From Nemertoderma westbladi (Eukaryota; Animalia; Xenacoelomorpha), in the NCBI GenBank assembly GCA_032718475.1, contig JAUCBJ010007509.1, forward strand, positions 1-64,000: a stretch of 64,000 nucleotides of DNA, in the 5' to 3' direction. Shown here piece after piece: positions 13,330 through 26,639 of the stretch. The notes under the pieces are model-generated. The model searched no databases. It saw nothing but the letters and a program-made list of their open reading frames with translations, and was not told the origin of the DNA. Both the position numbers and the translations under genes were made by a program. Each line of letters opens with the position of its first letter. The stretch's first letter is position 1.

Positions 13330-13858
13330 TGTTGGAGGTACGAGATTGGTAATAACCAATCTCGTTTCACAATCCAACATAGGGGACAAAACAACCCCAA
13401 AGCCACACAAAGGGAGGTCAGAGGTCAAAATCACCTCGGGAGGGATGAACAACCAGCAGGGGCCAACAGGGGGGGGGGGGGGGGGGGGGCACTCCCAGAG
13501 AGAGTGGGAGGCGTGAAGTAGATTATCAGCCAATAGGGGCAGGGGAGAGCATCCACTGGATGAAAGGCCACAGCAGCGTAGGAGTGATTACATATATTGT
13601 CAAAGCATATTACCATACCGGTTCAGTTACTCAGTCATCAGTTTAGTGCAGACCGGTGATATTTTACACTGTCACCATCACCGACACACATACATCTACC
13701 GGTACCCATCTTATATTATCAATGGTGCTTAACTGCAATTCTTACTGTGTTATTACTGATACTGTTATCTAAAATATCAAGACACAACATCAATCAACCC
13801 TTATTGTTTTCACTATGACGGCCTCGGCCTGGATATCAGAAATCCCTAAGGTAAAACA
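13330..13858 (+). repeat. Putative solitary 5' LTR (TGTT...AACA)
   Basis: TGTTGG start and AAAACA end immediately upstream of a gag-like ORF; no partner LTR in the window. Confidence 0.3.
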
Positions 13859-13948
13859 CGGTGACGCGTAGTATACAAATCCGGTCGGGATCCCTTGATC
13901 CCGTCAGTGTAAAATTACCAACTACCGAACTGTGACTGTAAAATAAAG

Positions 13949-15360
13949 ATGAGCGCAGGAGGACCCCAACTATCAGAGGGAGAGAGGACACCGCCGCGGA
14001 CCCCGGACGACACCAACCAAACGATCCGCGAGGCTGTGACGCGAGGGTATCGACCTGCGACGCCGGATTTGCCGATGAGGGATGATCCGGCATCCCAAGC
14101 GGAGGGCGGCCGTCTACCACTAGGAAGGGACGAGTCGACGCACGACGGCGGTCAGAGTACCGAAGTCGCCGGCCAGCCACAGGCCGACGGACGGCCCACC
14201 GGAACAGCGACGGTGGGGCCGCCGGTACAATGCCGAACCAGGAGAGGAGGAGGAGATGTCGGCGAAGAGGACGTCAGGACCAGCAATCGGCTTCGACTGG
14301 CCTACAATGCCACCAATAAACTATTGAAGGAGGCCAAAGAGGGAGAGAAGGTAAATGAGGGGAAGTTGAGCCAGAGACTAGGTGAGTCGAATAAACAATT
14401 CCGATATCTAGTTCGTTTCGGGCAGGGAGAATTGGCGAGTGAGAGAGTGAGGGGGGTCGCCACCGAACTATTCGAACTGTGGCGATCCGGGGTTATGGAG
14501 CCTGAAGTGGTGTACGTAGGGCCGTATTTAGTGGATGCTAGGGGAATTAAGTTAGTGGGTTGGGCAGATCCGCACGAGGGCCAACCCGAGTTTAACCCCG
14601 AGGATTCAGTCTTGTCGGTTAGCGAGAACCCCAGAAAGCGGGGGAAAATTAGTAGGACAGAGAGGCGACGGGAGTCCGTTGCGACCGATAAGTCCACTAC
14701 ATCCTCCGCGAAAGCAAGAAGGGTGTTGGAAATAGATCTGGCGTGTCAATTAGACATGGTGGCGCTGGACCAGAAAGAACTAGAGAGGCAGTTGGATGAG
14801 GGAACTGCGCTGTTAGAGAAAGAGAGAGAGTTGGCGAGGGAGTAGCAGAGAGGGTAGCGAGAAATTGTAGAGAGCAAGAAGAGAGAGAGGCAGAGGAATG
14901 TAAGGAGCGAGAAACGAGAGTAGAGAAGGAACGTAAGGAGCGAGAAACGAGAGTAGAGAAGGAAAAGAGCGAGAAGTGAGAGAGGCAATGAGGATAGAGA
15001 GATAAATGAATGAACATAAAGAGCGGGAAGTGAGAATAGAGAGCGAGCATAGAGAGCGGGTGGCGAGAGAAACAGAGTCTGCGAACCAGAGTTTGTGAGA
15101 GGATAGAGAGAGAGAGCGTGGGAAAGCGCATGCGGGTTGATATGCATGCCCGGTTGTGTGGGCTTATGCAATATCAGGCCAAACAGAAGCGCCGACTGGA
15201 ACTGGCGCAGTTGGGATTACCTGAGAGTGAGGCTGGCTCGGTTAGTATTTACGAGGAGCCAGAGGTTATGGAAACGTTTGTAAATACCCCACTTACAGGG
15301 ACCGGACGACAGACCCAAGACTTGGTAACTTTGTTCTCTAAGAAAAGAGCTTTCGAATGA
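13949..15360 (+). pseudogene. Truncated LTR-retrotransposon gag-like ORF (BEL/Pao-like N-terminus)
   Basis: 298-aa ORF continuing into an E/R-rich coiled-coil region broken by stops; S-rich SSAKARR segment before the coiled coil. Confidence 0.45.
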
Positions 15361-15460
15361 GCCTAAAACGAACTTCGTACGACCACTAGAACTGGAGATT
15401 ATACATTTTGAAGATCTCCGATGACCAATAAGTCTATTCCGTGTAATCGCGCAAAGACCG

Positions 15461-16240
15461 CCCTAGTAGCACATAACGTTCACAAACAGCTTTTGGACGT
15501 TGAGAACATGTCCACTCCATAAACGTCGCACATACTGTACCAGATTTTAACGTTCTAAATTAGTCTCCATATAATAACGCCTAAATGGTGTTGGTGTTTC
15601 AACTGAAAAGTAACGTTCATTAATGGTATCAGTTAATTTCCCGTTCATGTTCTTGGACGTTTGAATGGCGTCCCAAGCAATAACCAGTTCAATTTGAGTT
15701 CATAAACTGATAATTAACGATTTGTAAATGGCAACAGTTTAATTTCCGTGCTATTGTGAACGTTTGAATAATGTTCAATATCCAATACAACTTAACCAGT
15801 TCAATTTCAGTTCCGCAATTTTTCCTCACATAAATAAATGTCGTTCAAAAAATGTTCCAAAATTATGTATGGTACACGATATCATAACCGTAGTTCAAAA
15901 TCAGTTCAATTGTACGCATTTTCTGTTCAAAATGATAATGCTCTGAACGAAAAACTTTTCCACGCTTTTGTACACCATTGTAATGTTTTGGAAGTGTCTG
16001 TACATGAGTCATACTTTAGTAGTTACATCAGGCAAAAGTAGAACTGCAATTGCGTACTTAAATGTTTGTTGTACCACAGCAAAGTATCCTAATATAACAT
16101 ACGCAGTTTTGTATGGGTTTAGTAACTATAATTTATCACATAGTTATTTCGATTTGGATCAAACATTTGGTACTGTAATAAATTTGAATAATACTATACG
16201 CGTATATGGTAGAAGAACGTGTACGGTTTTTTTTTAATAA
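15461..16240 (+). mobile_element. EnSpm/CACTA-type left termini and subterminal repeats (two candidate ends, 15461 and 15672)
   Basis: CCCTAGTAGCACATAACGTT and CCCAAGCAATAACC starts followed by repeated AACGTT/CAGTTCAAT motifs upstream of a CACTA transposase. Confidence 0.4.
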
Positions 16241-16710
16241 TTACCGGCATTATTTACTACTAAGGTACATGATATAAACTACTTTATTAATAGTTTTCTC
16301 TAGGCCTAGATAAAAAATCAATATTTTTTGCTACTATAAATATGCGAGGCTTGGGGGGGGGGGGGGGGGGGGGGTGGAGGACGCAAATCCCATCTTATCG
16401 AAATTAATATATCTGTATAGGGCCTATCGTCTGAAGTTAAATTATCAATTACCGGTAAAGAAAATACACTTTATTCTTACCAAAACAATAAACGAAAGTC
16501 CATAGTTAACAGTTTTATTTTTGAGAACAATAACCTTTTTTTGCATCAATTTCCCCCTAGACAATGGTTGTGTTTGATTGCATCTCGTGAGTCCCCCACC
16601 CCCTCGCCGCCCGCCCTATCTGAAAGATACAGTACCGGTAGATAACATCATCGAATACATTATGTACATTATGTATTTTAAGTGGTGTGAGGTACAGTAG
16701 GCCCAACAGA

Positions 16711-18933
16711 ATGCCGAAGTATTTATGTAATAACACAATAAGAAAGAGGGCACGGCGGAAATCTCAGGCCGTTATATCTACTATTCCTGGATGCTGCTCT
16801 TCTGCTGTTTCCTCTGAACTTCCTCAAAATCTTCCCCCAACTTTAGCTTCAGTTTCAGATACTCACTTTAAATATGGTGAAAATAATTGTAATGCCAGTC
16901 TACCCGTTCTGGGGTCATTGGAAATGGACATTGAGTGTGATTTGCAGCAATCAGAAAATTTTGAATGCCCTGCAAATGACAATATATATGATAGTGATTC
17001 AATTTATTGTTCTGATTCGAGTGTTAGCAATTGTAGTGATAGTGACATCGATATATCGAATTACCAAAGTCATTATAGTGATGCAAGTGATAGAGATACA
17101 TAATATATTAATGATGCTAGTGACTTTTATTCCAGACCTACAAATTTTCCAATTCAAGCAAAGCTAGCCATGTGGGCATTGTCAGGAAATGTGACACATA
17201 AAAATGTAACGAGTCTTCTAAAAATTCTTCATGGCACTATTCCAGATTTGCCTTTGGATTCTAGAACATTGCTTAAAACTCCTCGAACTAGGCATAAAAC
17301 TAAGATAATTGGAAGTGGATTTTATGCGCATTATGGAATAAGAGAACATCTTTTAAAATTTTGCTCACGAGATGATATTGGTCTCATTAAACTAGTTGTA
17401 ACAACCATTATTAATGATTTAATTATTGAAATTGGTCTCGCGATAAATATTGATGGATTACCACTGTTTAGTAGCTCCAGTACCGAATTCTGGCCAATTT
17501 TAGGCACATTTTATTTTCCAGAAAAAGGGATTCGTTCCCATCCTGTAATTATTGGATTGTATTGCGGACCATGTAAGCCATCTAACGTTGATGATTATCT
17601 AGAGGATCTTGTGAACGAATTACAAGATATGTTAACTAATAAAATTGCATTAAGAGATCAAGTACTAATTGCATTGAAGTTGCAGCGCTTTATTTGTGAC
17701 TATCCAGCTCGTGTTTACATATTGAAAATAAAATCCCATGCCGGATACTTTGGTTGTGATAAATGTGAATGTAAAGGAAAGCATTATTCCTGTGTCACAT
17801 TTGATAAAATAAATGCCAAATTGCGCACCGATAAATCTTTTAGAGAAAAAGGTAACCCAAGTCATCACAATGGTGTTTCAATTTTGGAAAAGTTACCGAT
17901 TAAGATGTTGGAAGATTTCCCAATAGATGCTATGCATCAGGTATTTTTAGGTACAATGAGAAAATTGTTGAGAGGTTGGTCAAGGGGAAAATCATTTATT
18001 AAGCTCAATACTGGTGATGTTGAGAAAATATCTTCTCGCTTACTGTCAATGCAAGTGCCTTTCGAATTTGCGAGAAAACCTCGTACGTTAAAAGATATAG
18101 ATAGGTGGAAAGCCTCTGAGTTCCGGCAGTTTTTGCTTTACACAGGACCTGTGGTCCTTCAGGGTGTCCTCCCACTAGCCCAGTTTAAGCATTTCCTGAT
18201 GTTGCACGTGGCTATACGTATATTGAGTTTCTGGGAGGATTCTGCAGCAATTGATTATGCTGAAAAACTTTTGCGAGAATTTGTTTCATTGGTTATGACA
18301 ATTTATTCTCCTTTACTCCTCTCATATAATGTTCACTCTTTAATTCATCTGGCAAATGATGTCAGGCTACATGGGAAACTTATGAATACAAGTGCATTTA
18401 TATACGAGTCGTTTTTATATCAAGTGAAGAGAACAGTTCGCTCTTATAGTAACCTTCTAGGACAGATGCATAGACGTATTCATGAGTTATCTCATTTTAA
18501 TATGACACTTGGAGATCATTCGAACCCATGCAATGAAAAAGCAAATGTAATTTGCAGTAGAATCGAAATTTTGCCATCCGAATATGCCGCGGATTTCTCA
18601 GGCTATTCTATTGCGAAGAATGATCTATTTACATTTTCAACAAAATCGCCCAACAATGTTGTATCATATGATAACAAGATTTTTAAAGTTATTCACATAG
18701 TCAAGGATAAATTAAATGCTGAAGTGTCGTTCGTGCTGCTGGAATATATCAGTGTTTCTATACTCTTTGGATACCCTTGTGCCTCAAATAGTATTGGAAT
18801 TGTTAAAGTTAAGAATAATATGTTTTCAAACAATCACAAGCGTATACTTCTTAGCCAACTAACAAAGATGTTTCCTATAAAAATTCCAGACACAACTGAC
18901 CTTGCCATATTTCCTCTTTTGCATGGCGATTAA
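16711..18933 (+). CDS. EnSpm/CACTA (CMC) superfamily transposase with one in-frame stop (17101-17103)
   Basis: NIDGLPL, WPILG, CD.PAR, GYFGCDKC, IDAMHQVFLG, RWKASEFRQFLLY, YNVHSLIH and SAF.YE motifs; ORFs 16687-17103 and 17170-18933 share a frame. Confidence 0.88.
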
Positions 18934-19126
18934 TTAATTATTGAATAGTAAAAAAAATTGTCTAATCTAAAGTACATAACTTCATCTACTGAAGTACGGT
19001 ACGTTTGTTATACAATATTTAACTCAACTGTGTAAATTAAACTATAAAGGCAAAGCGAAAATTTAAACCGTATATAAACTGTGAAGATATTGCATCTCAA
19101 CTGACGAATTATAATATTAATTAGTA

Positions 19127-19340
19127 ATGAAGACATATGTAATAGTTCATTTTATTGGAAATGACTCCGTGGACTGGGCGCCGTCGTTGTGGCTAGCAAA
19201 TAAGGAACTGCCCCCTAAGGAATCTATGGTGCATATACATTGGCCTCAAAGAAATGCGGGAGGATTGAGACGAAAACTCCAAGCAGATTTGAATATTGCG
19301 ACATGGCCCATGTTTGAAGTCAAATACTGAATTATACAGG
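19127..19340 (+). CDS. First exon of the EnSpm accessory gene (DUF4806-associated type)
   Basis: YVIVHF...VDWAPSLWL...HWP pattern typical of the second gene of animal EnSpm elements; candidate donor ACAG/GTTGG near 19339. Confidence 0.55.
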
Positions 19341-19936
19341 TTGGTATTATTAAATTATATTATTATAATAAATATTATTATTATTGTGTTAGTGACATGA
19401 TATAAACTTAATTATGGGCTTTGGGGTGATACATCACGGCGTGAAATAAAGCAACAGTATTCTTTCAGTAATTGTACCATATTCTACGGTCAAGCTGAGG
19501 TAGGCCAATCAGTACCATAAGTAGCATAAGTATAAGTATTATATTAAGCATTATAAGCATAAGTATAATACTGCTGTTCTCTCAGGCTATCAGTACCGGT
19601 TAGTATATATATAGCACTATTTTGCTGTATTGTATGTACAGATGTAGGTATAAAGCAGGTATTTCTGTATTTTAGTACCGGTACCGGCACTGGTACTGCT
19701 ATAGGCCTACTGTGTAGCCTACCATTTAAATACGGTTATTTTAGGCCTACCGGTTGTGCTAATAAATTTTAAATAATTGATAGGCGAAACTGGATTGCAG
19801 GATTGTGGAAAATGTGGATATACCTTTCACATAATTTAGGCCTTACTGTATTAGTTTTATAATCAATAATGGATCATGACTACTGTCTGAGTAGTGTTAC
19901 GGATAGCGGCTCCACTACTTCCAACAGCACAGAAGG

Positions 19937-20590
19937 CCCGCCTCTGTAACCTGCCCCTTTCCCTCAATTAGTTAAATGATCGTTTATTGTTTTGGTTAGA
20001 AAATCCCGTCTCTGTAACCTGCTCCTTTCCCTCAATTAGTTAAATGATCGTTTATTGTTTTGGTTAGAAAATCCCGTCTCTGTAACCTGCTCCTTTCCCT
20101 GATTTGGTAAAGTGACTGTTTATTGTTTTGGTTAGAAAATCCCGCCTCTGAAACCTGCTCCTTTCCCTCAATTAGTTTAAGTGATCATTTATTGTTTTGG
20201 TTAGGAAATCCTGCCTCTGTAACCTGCTCCTTTCCCTCAATTGGTAATGTTATCGTTTATTGTTTTGTTTAGAAAATCCCGCCTCTGTAACCTGCTCCTT
20301 TCCCTCAATTGGTAATGTTATCGTGTATTGTTTTGGTTAGAAAATCCCGCCTCTGTAACCTGCTCCTTTCTCTCAATTGGTAATGTTATCGTTTATTGTT
20401 TTGGTTAGAAAATCCCGTCTCTGTAACCTGCTCCTTTCCCTCAATTAGTTAAATGATCGTTTATTGTTTTGGTTAGAAAATCCCGTCTCTGTAACCTGTT
20501 CCTTTCCCTGATTTGGTAAAGTGACTGTTTATTGTTTTGGTTAGAAAACTCGGCCTTAACCTGCTCCTTTCCATCAATTGGTAATTGTTT
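19937..20590. repeat. Minisatellite, ~68-bp unit, ~10 copies
   Basis: CCCG(T/C)CTCTGTAACCTGCTCCTTTCCCTCAATT...TTTATTGTTTTGGTTAGAAAAT recurring every 68 bp. Confidence 0.95.
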
Positions 20591-20802
20591 TTGGCTATAA
20601 AATGAGTGTTTTGCTACATCATGTGGTAATCGATTATCGACAACAACCACAAACTATTAAATATAGAGTCTTTTTACCACAGGCGCTATATAATTATATT
20701 CCCTAAATGCCGTGGATTTTCAAAATTTTATTTTTATTCGAATTAACTTTGCTAAAAGATTACTTTGAGTCCTCATTTGAATTTGTTATATCTATTGTAC
20801 GA

Positions 20803-21334
20803 TGTTTAGTCAAGTGGTTCAGTAGCTCAGTCGGTAGAGCGTTGGAAATTATATGTGTAGTAGGTATTGAGTTCGAATCCTAGTAAGTGCGAATTATTTT
20901 TTGTGCAGAATTTCAACTCATTTAAATTGACCGCTACAAATTAAATTGCATTTGTCTGTACCTAGATTAACCAATGAGACTGCAGTTATTAGATTGTAAC
21001 CAATGTCGTGCAAGTTATATATTAGCTGGACCAATAGCTATCTTTAAAAACCTGTTAGAACCTATAGAACAATCGAGAATTTTCTCGATTGATTGCGGCA
21101 CAAATTTGGTATAAAAGGTGCGATTTCGTTCATTAGTTATCTCTTTCTATATTCAATTACACTCCACACTCTCACTCTTCACTTACACAATTATTCTGAG
21201 TTACCTGATATTTGTTTATTCTGTCATTAGTTTTCAGAATACATTTTGTATTATTATCTGCAATAAATTCAGAAATACCGCTACCTGCCTTTTCTTTTCA
21301 CCATGATTCACTACGGTGAACACACTTAGGAACA
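20803..21334 (+). repeat. Putative 5' LTR of the BEL/Pao element
   Basis: TGTT...AACA ends; three ACCAAT boxes, TATAAAAGG near 21110 and AATAAA near 21262; lies upstream of the gag ORF; no second LTR in the window. Confidence 0.45.
20817..20885 (+). other. tRNA-like Pol III promoter sequence (A and B boxes), not a functional tRNA
   Basis: TAGCTCAGTCGGTAGAGC (A box) and GAGTTCGAATCC (B box); acceptor and anticodon stems do not pair. Confidence 0.6.
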
Positions 21335-23427
21335 GGATGGCCGGCTAGATTTCGGGCCGCAGCAATGAACGGGAACATCAAGGGAATGTAGACAGGAGAC
21401 AACCCGCAATATCATCGTAGTTATTCGCCCATCGCCTGAAAGGTTAGACAGCGTTCGATGCCTTGCTACCCAAGCGTAAGACCAAAAGATCAAAGGTAGA
21501 AGTAGTGACACGCTGTACGCCTAAAATTACAACTAGGGACTGTACTGTCTTAATTCAGGAAAAAACCGCAGTAGACCTTCATATTCCTACGGGGGGGAGA
21601 GAGAGAGCAGGCAGAGATACTAGTACGCAGATAGGACGTAGGTACACCGGTACAAAGCATACACATTGGTAGGGTGCAGCAAACTGTACGCCTAACTCTT
21701 GCTAAGTACAGGTGCGTCTGCGACTATTTGTAGTACAACGGTGTCCATTGCATTAGAACTTGTAGGCTAGGAGGGTTGCTGTGTTTCACCTGAATTAGGA
21801 TTGTACCGTTCAGGCGGTAGGGCAGTTTACGACTAGGCGCAAATAAATTGAGGCTATTAGGGATATACTAACATCTACCGTGTCCCCGCCAACGTCCTGA
21901 TAGGAAGTTACCCAGCCTACCTAGGTGACTAAAATTCCAGATAAGAGCCAGGATAGCTATTAGTAACAGTACGCCTACTGTAGTAAACTAACACATTTCT
22001 TCTTAGTATTAGGGACCTGGTAAATTAAAAATTGCCGAATTCTGGGCGTAGCATTAACTTTATGCCTGAATTTGAGTCCTGGAAATACGCAAGAGGGGAA
22101 GGAGCCTTATCATTCGTGAGTATTGGACCTACAAGTTACAAAATTAGAATATTCGTAAAATGCACACCGTACCCAGTAATTATATATATGAAGGAGCAAA
22201 ACTGCTTTTGACTGTTCAGAATTTACACACGCGAGTTAGAAATTATTTACACCTCTAAATATATAAAATTAACTTTGTCCGTACTGCGCTTTGCCTGCTA
22301 GTTAGACATCTCCAAATCTCTGCACCTAGCTAGCGTCCCTTTCGCCCAACCATATAAATCACACCGCAGCAAAGTATACGAGCCCCTTAGTCCGTCAGTG
22401 AGTCAGCCTGATTTTAGGATTCGCTGCGCGGGATTTTGTTTTATCGAAGTTTGTCTGCTCGTAGACTGTTTTCTGCCTCACCGGTTATAAGAGATCGATA
22501 CTGCAACATATTCGTTTACTTAGAGTTTACTGTTTTGGTGAGAAGGTCGGATTTATGATTTGATTCACAAACTTTACAGTAAGATATTGCAGGTATTGTT
22601 ACTGTCTCTTCAAATAGTAGGAATATGTTTTACTGAACTACGGTTCGGTAGGACTAAAGTTATTTGAAAATTTTGTATTTTGAGGTAAAAGTTTATATTT
22701 GATTAGCTAAGTGCTAATATTTTGAAATAAAAATTTGATTTGAACCGCGTGTAAAATATTTTGGAATTGAATACCGGTGTTTAAAAGGGTTTAAATACCA
22801 TATTGTACCGGTACAAAAATTTTCGTAAAAGTAAAACCTAACTCTTTTGTTTTTCAGGATTCAGAACTCATTTCTAGACTGTAACGGGAGCAAGACCGTG
22901 TTTAGCAAGTTTGGGAGATAGATAACTCAACAACTTTGGTTGGGAAAATCGCGCTTCGTCCGCAACGCTGAAAACGGAAAGGTTCACGTCCGGTTTGTAT
23001 CTGGGAATCTGTTTTTCTGGAGAATTATTGGAGTGGGTGAGTTTGAAAGGTTGCATAAATAAGTTAGGCATTACCGTATTAGTTAAAATTATTGTGGGTT
23101 CCACTGTCTCAAGTATTTATGCATTCCGTATGATTTCTTTGTTCATTGCTGAATTAGTCCGTATTATTGTATTTAATTTACCTTTTGATAACGCATATCG
23201 TTATCCGATTTATTTGTTATAAAATTGGCCGCTAGGCTAATTTTATTATATACTTATTCCGTGACATTTATTTGCTGTAAAATTGGCCGTCTAGGCTAAT
23301 TTTATCCATCTGCTATAAAATCGGCCGGTAGGCTAAATTTATATGACTGTAATTAGTACCGTTTAAATATAAATACGGTAAGTTTGATACTTTGACACTC
23401 ACTTTTACTTGACTTACAACTACCGAA

Positions 23428-25121
23428 ATGAGTGACAAACAAGACTATACGAAAAATACACAAACCGACTATGACTCATGTGACGGAGATAAGTCAGAAG
23501 CGGAAGAACCACAGGGGAAGACTCGTGAGCCTACCGAACCTACACCGTGCGCGTCACCAGTACATCCAACGGAAGTACCGGATGCCGTAGTACGAGGCGA
23601 CGGCAGGACTGAGGATTTCCTAACGGTCCCGCAACCTAGATACAGGGAAACGGAGATGGTAAGTTCAGTAGGAAGCCAGGAGAGCGTAGTTAGAAGCGTC
23701 GGCGGTTACATGGCGCATATTACCAGGAGTATTGGAGAAGGCCAACGCATATTAGACGAGTTAACCGCTCCGATGTCTCGGTTCGAGTTCTACACTCTAC
23801 AGGTGAGAGTACAGAGTAAAGTATATAAGTCCGTAGATAACCTAATTGGTCTACAAGATCTAGCTAGACAGAGACAGGATATGGACACTCAGCTTAGAAT
23901 CCTCGAGAAACTAATGATCACTAGAGAGAAACTGATTCAGTTTAAGTCGACGATTAGGCAGATACAACAGGAACAAGCGGACCAGTTGTTAGGTGAGTCA
24001 GTTTCGGACGAATTATTGCAACCCGAGGAAGAACAGGAACTGTATAGGCTAGATAGGCAATTGAAACACCTGACGGATCACTTACGCATGTGCGGCGAGG
24101 ACGTCGGAGATTGGGAAACCGTGCCGGAGGCTACGAGGGAAACTTCACTCGCACAAATCGAACTGGCACCGGGAACACTAAATCAATCACTGGTGAGTAT
24201 TCGCAGCGAAATTGGCGAGGTGAGTATGGCTACGTCAGAAATTGCTCGACAACAGCAGCTCTACAGACAACAACAGGAGATGGAGGAACAAACTCAACTG
24301 CTAATGGCACAAGCAGCAGTACAAGAAGAGAAACTACGTGTTGCGAATGTTGCAAGAATCTCTCATCTGCAAGAACAAGCCGAGTTGGAAGCAGCCGAGA
24401 TGGAAAGATTAGAGTTGGACATTGCACAACAAGCGGCAGCGGCAGCGGCCGAGTCAGAGCGACAAGCAGCAACGGCCGAGTTAGAGCGACAGAGGTTAGT
24501 ATCAGAAGCGAGAGCCGAGATGAAAAAATGGCAAATAAAGGCTCAATCAGCTATACGACAAGCGGAGTTTGAGGCGCAACAACAACAGACGGAACAACGC
24601 GAGAAGGAAGTTAAACTTCATTTCGAACTCGGGAAGAAGGCGAGAGAATTAGCCAACGCGAAGGAAGATCTGGATCTACAAGCCCGCGATCGATCGATGA
24701 GATCTCGTGACGGACATGATTTGGACCAGTTAGAGGTAAGGCACCGTCAAATTCAGGAACGAATGAAGGAAGGAAGTGTAGGGGCACCTGGGCGAGAAAG
24801 ACAACTAGTAAAGGACTTATGTCAAAGATTCCCTCGAGTAACTCCTATGTTTGCACCAGTTACGACTAAGAAACCTATTTCGATTACTGGTAGTAGTAAT
24901 ATTTCTCCTATCCATGGTGCGACGGAACACAGGTTTGTTATTCCGGACAAGTTCACACCGCCAAGAGCAACGTCGTCGCCTATTCTGAAAGTCAAGGTAA
25001 GTAACCCACCGATTACAGATCGTAGTAGTTTGTTGACTGGACCTGCACTACTAACGACAAAACAGGTGAGTCCACCTTCGACACCAAAACTCGTTACACA
25101 CTACACGTACCCAATGATGTT
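23428..25121 (+). CDS. BEL/Pao gag, 5' part (interrupted by the Polinton)
   Basis: Long coiled-coil ORF that joins 43250-44453 in frame once the Polinton and one TSD copy are removed. Confidence 0.85.
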
Positions 25122-25446
25122 AGTAGTATGGGATGCTAGCCCCTCCGCACAAAGTGGTAATGATGGGCTACGGGCCCATCATTACCATCCATTTCTGGTA
25201 CTGCAGCCAATCAGAAGCCTCCATTTCAACCTTTTGCAGTGGTCGTTATTATTTCAACCAATCAGATGTCAGCATTTCATCCATAACCATGGTAACTTCT
25301 CAAGTTCCCGCATCTTCCGCTAGAGGCGTTATTAGTCACCCAACGCTAGTACTGCATCCAATCACCAACCTTTATTTTACAGGTGTTCGAGTGTCTACAC
25401 TTAGCATCAGGTAACTTCTATTATTTTTCAAATCGCTATTTTTCAC
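25122..25446 (+). repeat. Polinton left TIR
   Basis: Reverse complement of 42929-43243 apart from a few SNPs and one 18-vs-8-nt replacement; several CCAATC boxes. Confidence 0.95.
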
Positions 25447-26023
25447 CAACCATTCCATATTCATCTTCACATAGCCTAACCTCACGATGCATGGCTAGCC
25501 CCCATCCCATCGCTACTCAATCCACAGCTGTTACCCACCCAACCACCCACCAACCAACCAATCAACAGCGATGTTTGCCTAACCCTACAGTTATTCACCT
25601 TTTCACAACGTTACCACCACTGCCACGTTACCACCACCACTGTATACTGTATATGGTGACGACGTGGCCACCAACTACACGCATCGTGCATATATTATAT
25701 CGATTGCCAAATCCACGACTGCTCTCGCCAAATCAACAAACCAACTAGTATGATACATGAGATTCCGTCACGTTCTAGCTACGCGTATACGAGTATTAGT
25801 GATCATTATTACGCAATAATTTTTTTGTTTATACAGTAGTTCCCTACCAGCTAATCAACCAATCAATAAACCGAATTTAGGCTATTTCTCAGTTTAAGAC
25901 CTGTATTATTTTTGAAAATATCTTATATATATAATCTCTTGCTTTAATCGCAATTAATCATTTGTAATGGTTTTAGTTTAAAAGTTTTTACTTTGTTTGA
26001 TTTACAATAAAATAAATTAAATA

Positions 26024-26470
26024 ATGTCTTCTGATTCCAATATGGTTATGCCAATGGTAAGGCATTCATTTTTTGCAGAAGATGGTCAAGCCTATATTGT
26101 TATTGATTATACAATTTACCGTCAGGGAGATGATAAATATAAAATTGAATTTTCTGAAAAAGCCAGGAAAGTTTTAAGCTCAATTGATATTGATGCTTCT
26201 GATAATAGTATTCATCTTTTAGATTACAACCTGAAAGCTGAGCATGGGGGAGGAAAATTAAGCAACATTTTACTATTATCCATGATAGAGGGATTTATTG
26301 TTATTACACAATACAACGAAGCTGGTGAAAAGTTTGAAATATGGCTAAATCGGCATAGCCCCTACGAAATTATGTCTTTCTTTATTGTAATGATTTCAAA
26401 AGAATCCTTTGTCGAACCTGAAGAATCAGCGGATAATGTTGAATATGTTGATAATATCATTGATTCTTGA
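26024..26470 (+). CDS. Polinton hypothetical protein (148 aa)
   Basis: Clean ATG-started ORF in AT-rich DNA, preceded by TATA-rich sequence; no motif recognised. Confidence 0.65.
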   Translation: MSSDSNMVMPMVRHSFFAEDGQAYIVIDYTIYRQGDDKYKIEFSEKARKVLSSIDIDASDNSIHLLDYNLKAEHGGGKLSNILLLSMIEGFIVITQYNEAGEKFEIWLNRHSPYEIMSFFIVMISKESFVEPEESADNVEYVDNIIDS

Positions 26471-26639
26471 CTTTTCCCTCTATATTATAAATATTTTATG
26501 ATTATATATAAAATTTTGTTGTTTTTAAATAATCGAAAATTGTAGTAGTATTTGTATATACAGTATAACAGTTTTGTTTGTTTGTTGTTGTTGTTGTGTA
26601 TTGTGGTAATTATTTTCAATTTACTTTAAAATTTGGAAA

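Noticed and set aside
14697-15171. L/S/F-rich hydrophobic ORFs on the minus strand
   Set aside because: Antisense of a GA-rich coiled-coil coding tract, not membrane proteins
19937-20590. Regularly spaced repeat as a possible CRISPR array
   Set aside because: Whole 68-bp units repeat with no unique spacers; no cas genes; eukaryotic context
20817-20885. Functional tRNA gene
   Set aside because: A and B boxes are present but acceptor and anticodon stems do not form
25122-25323. C-terminal ~66 aa of the 631-aa ORF 23428-25323
   Set aside because: Read-through into the Polinton TIR; the true gag continuation is at 43250
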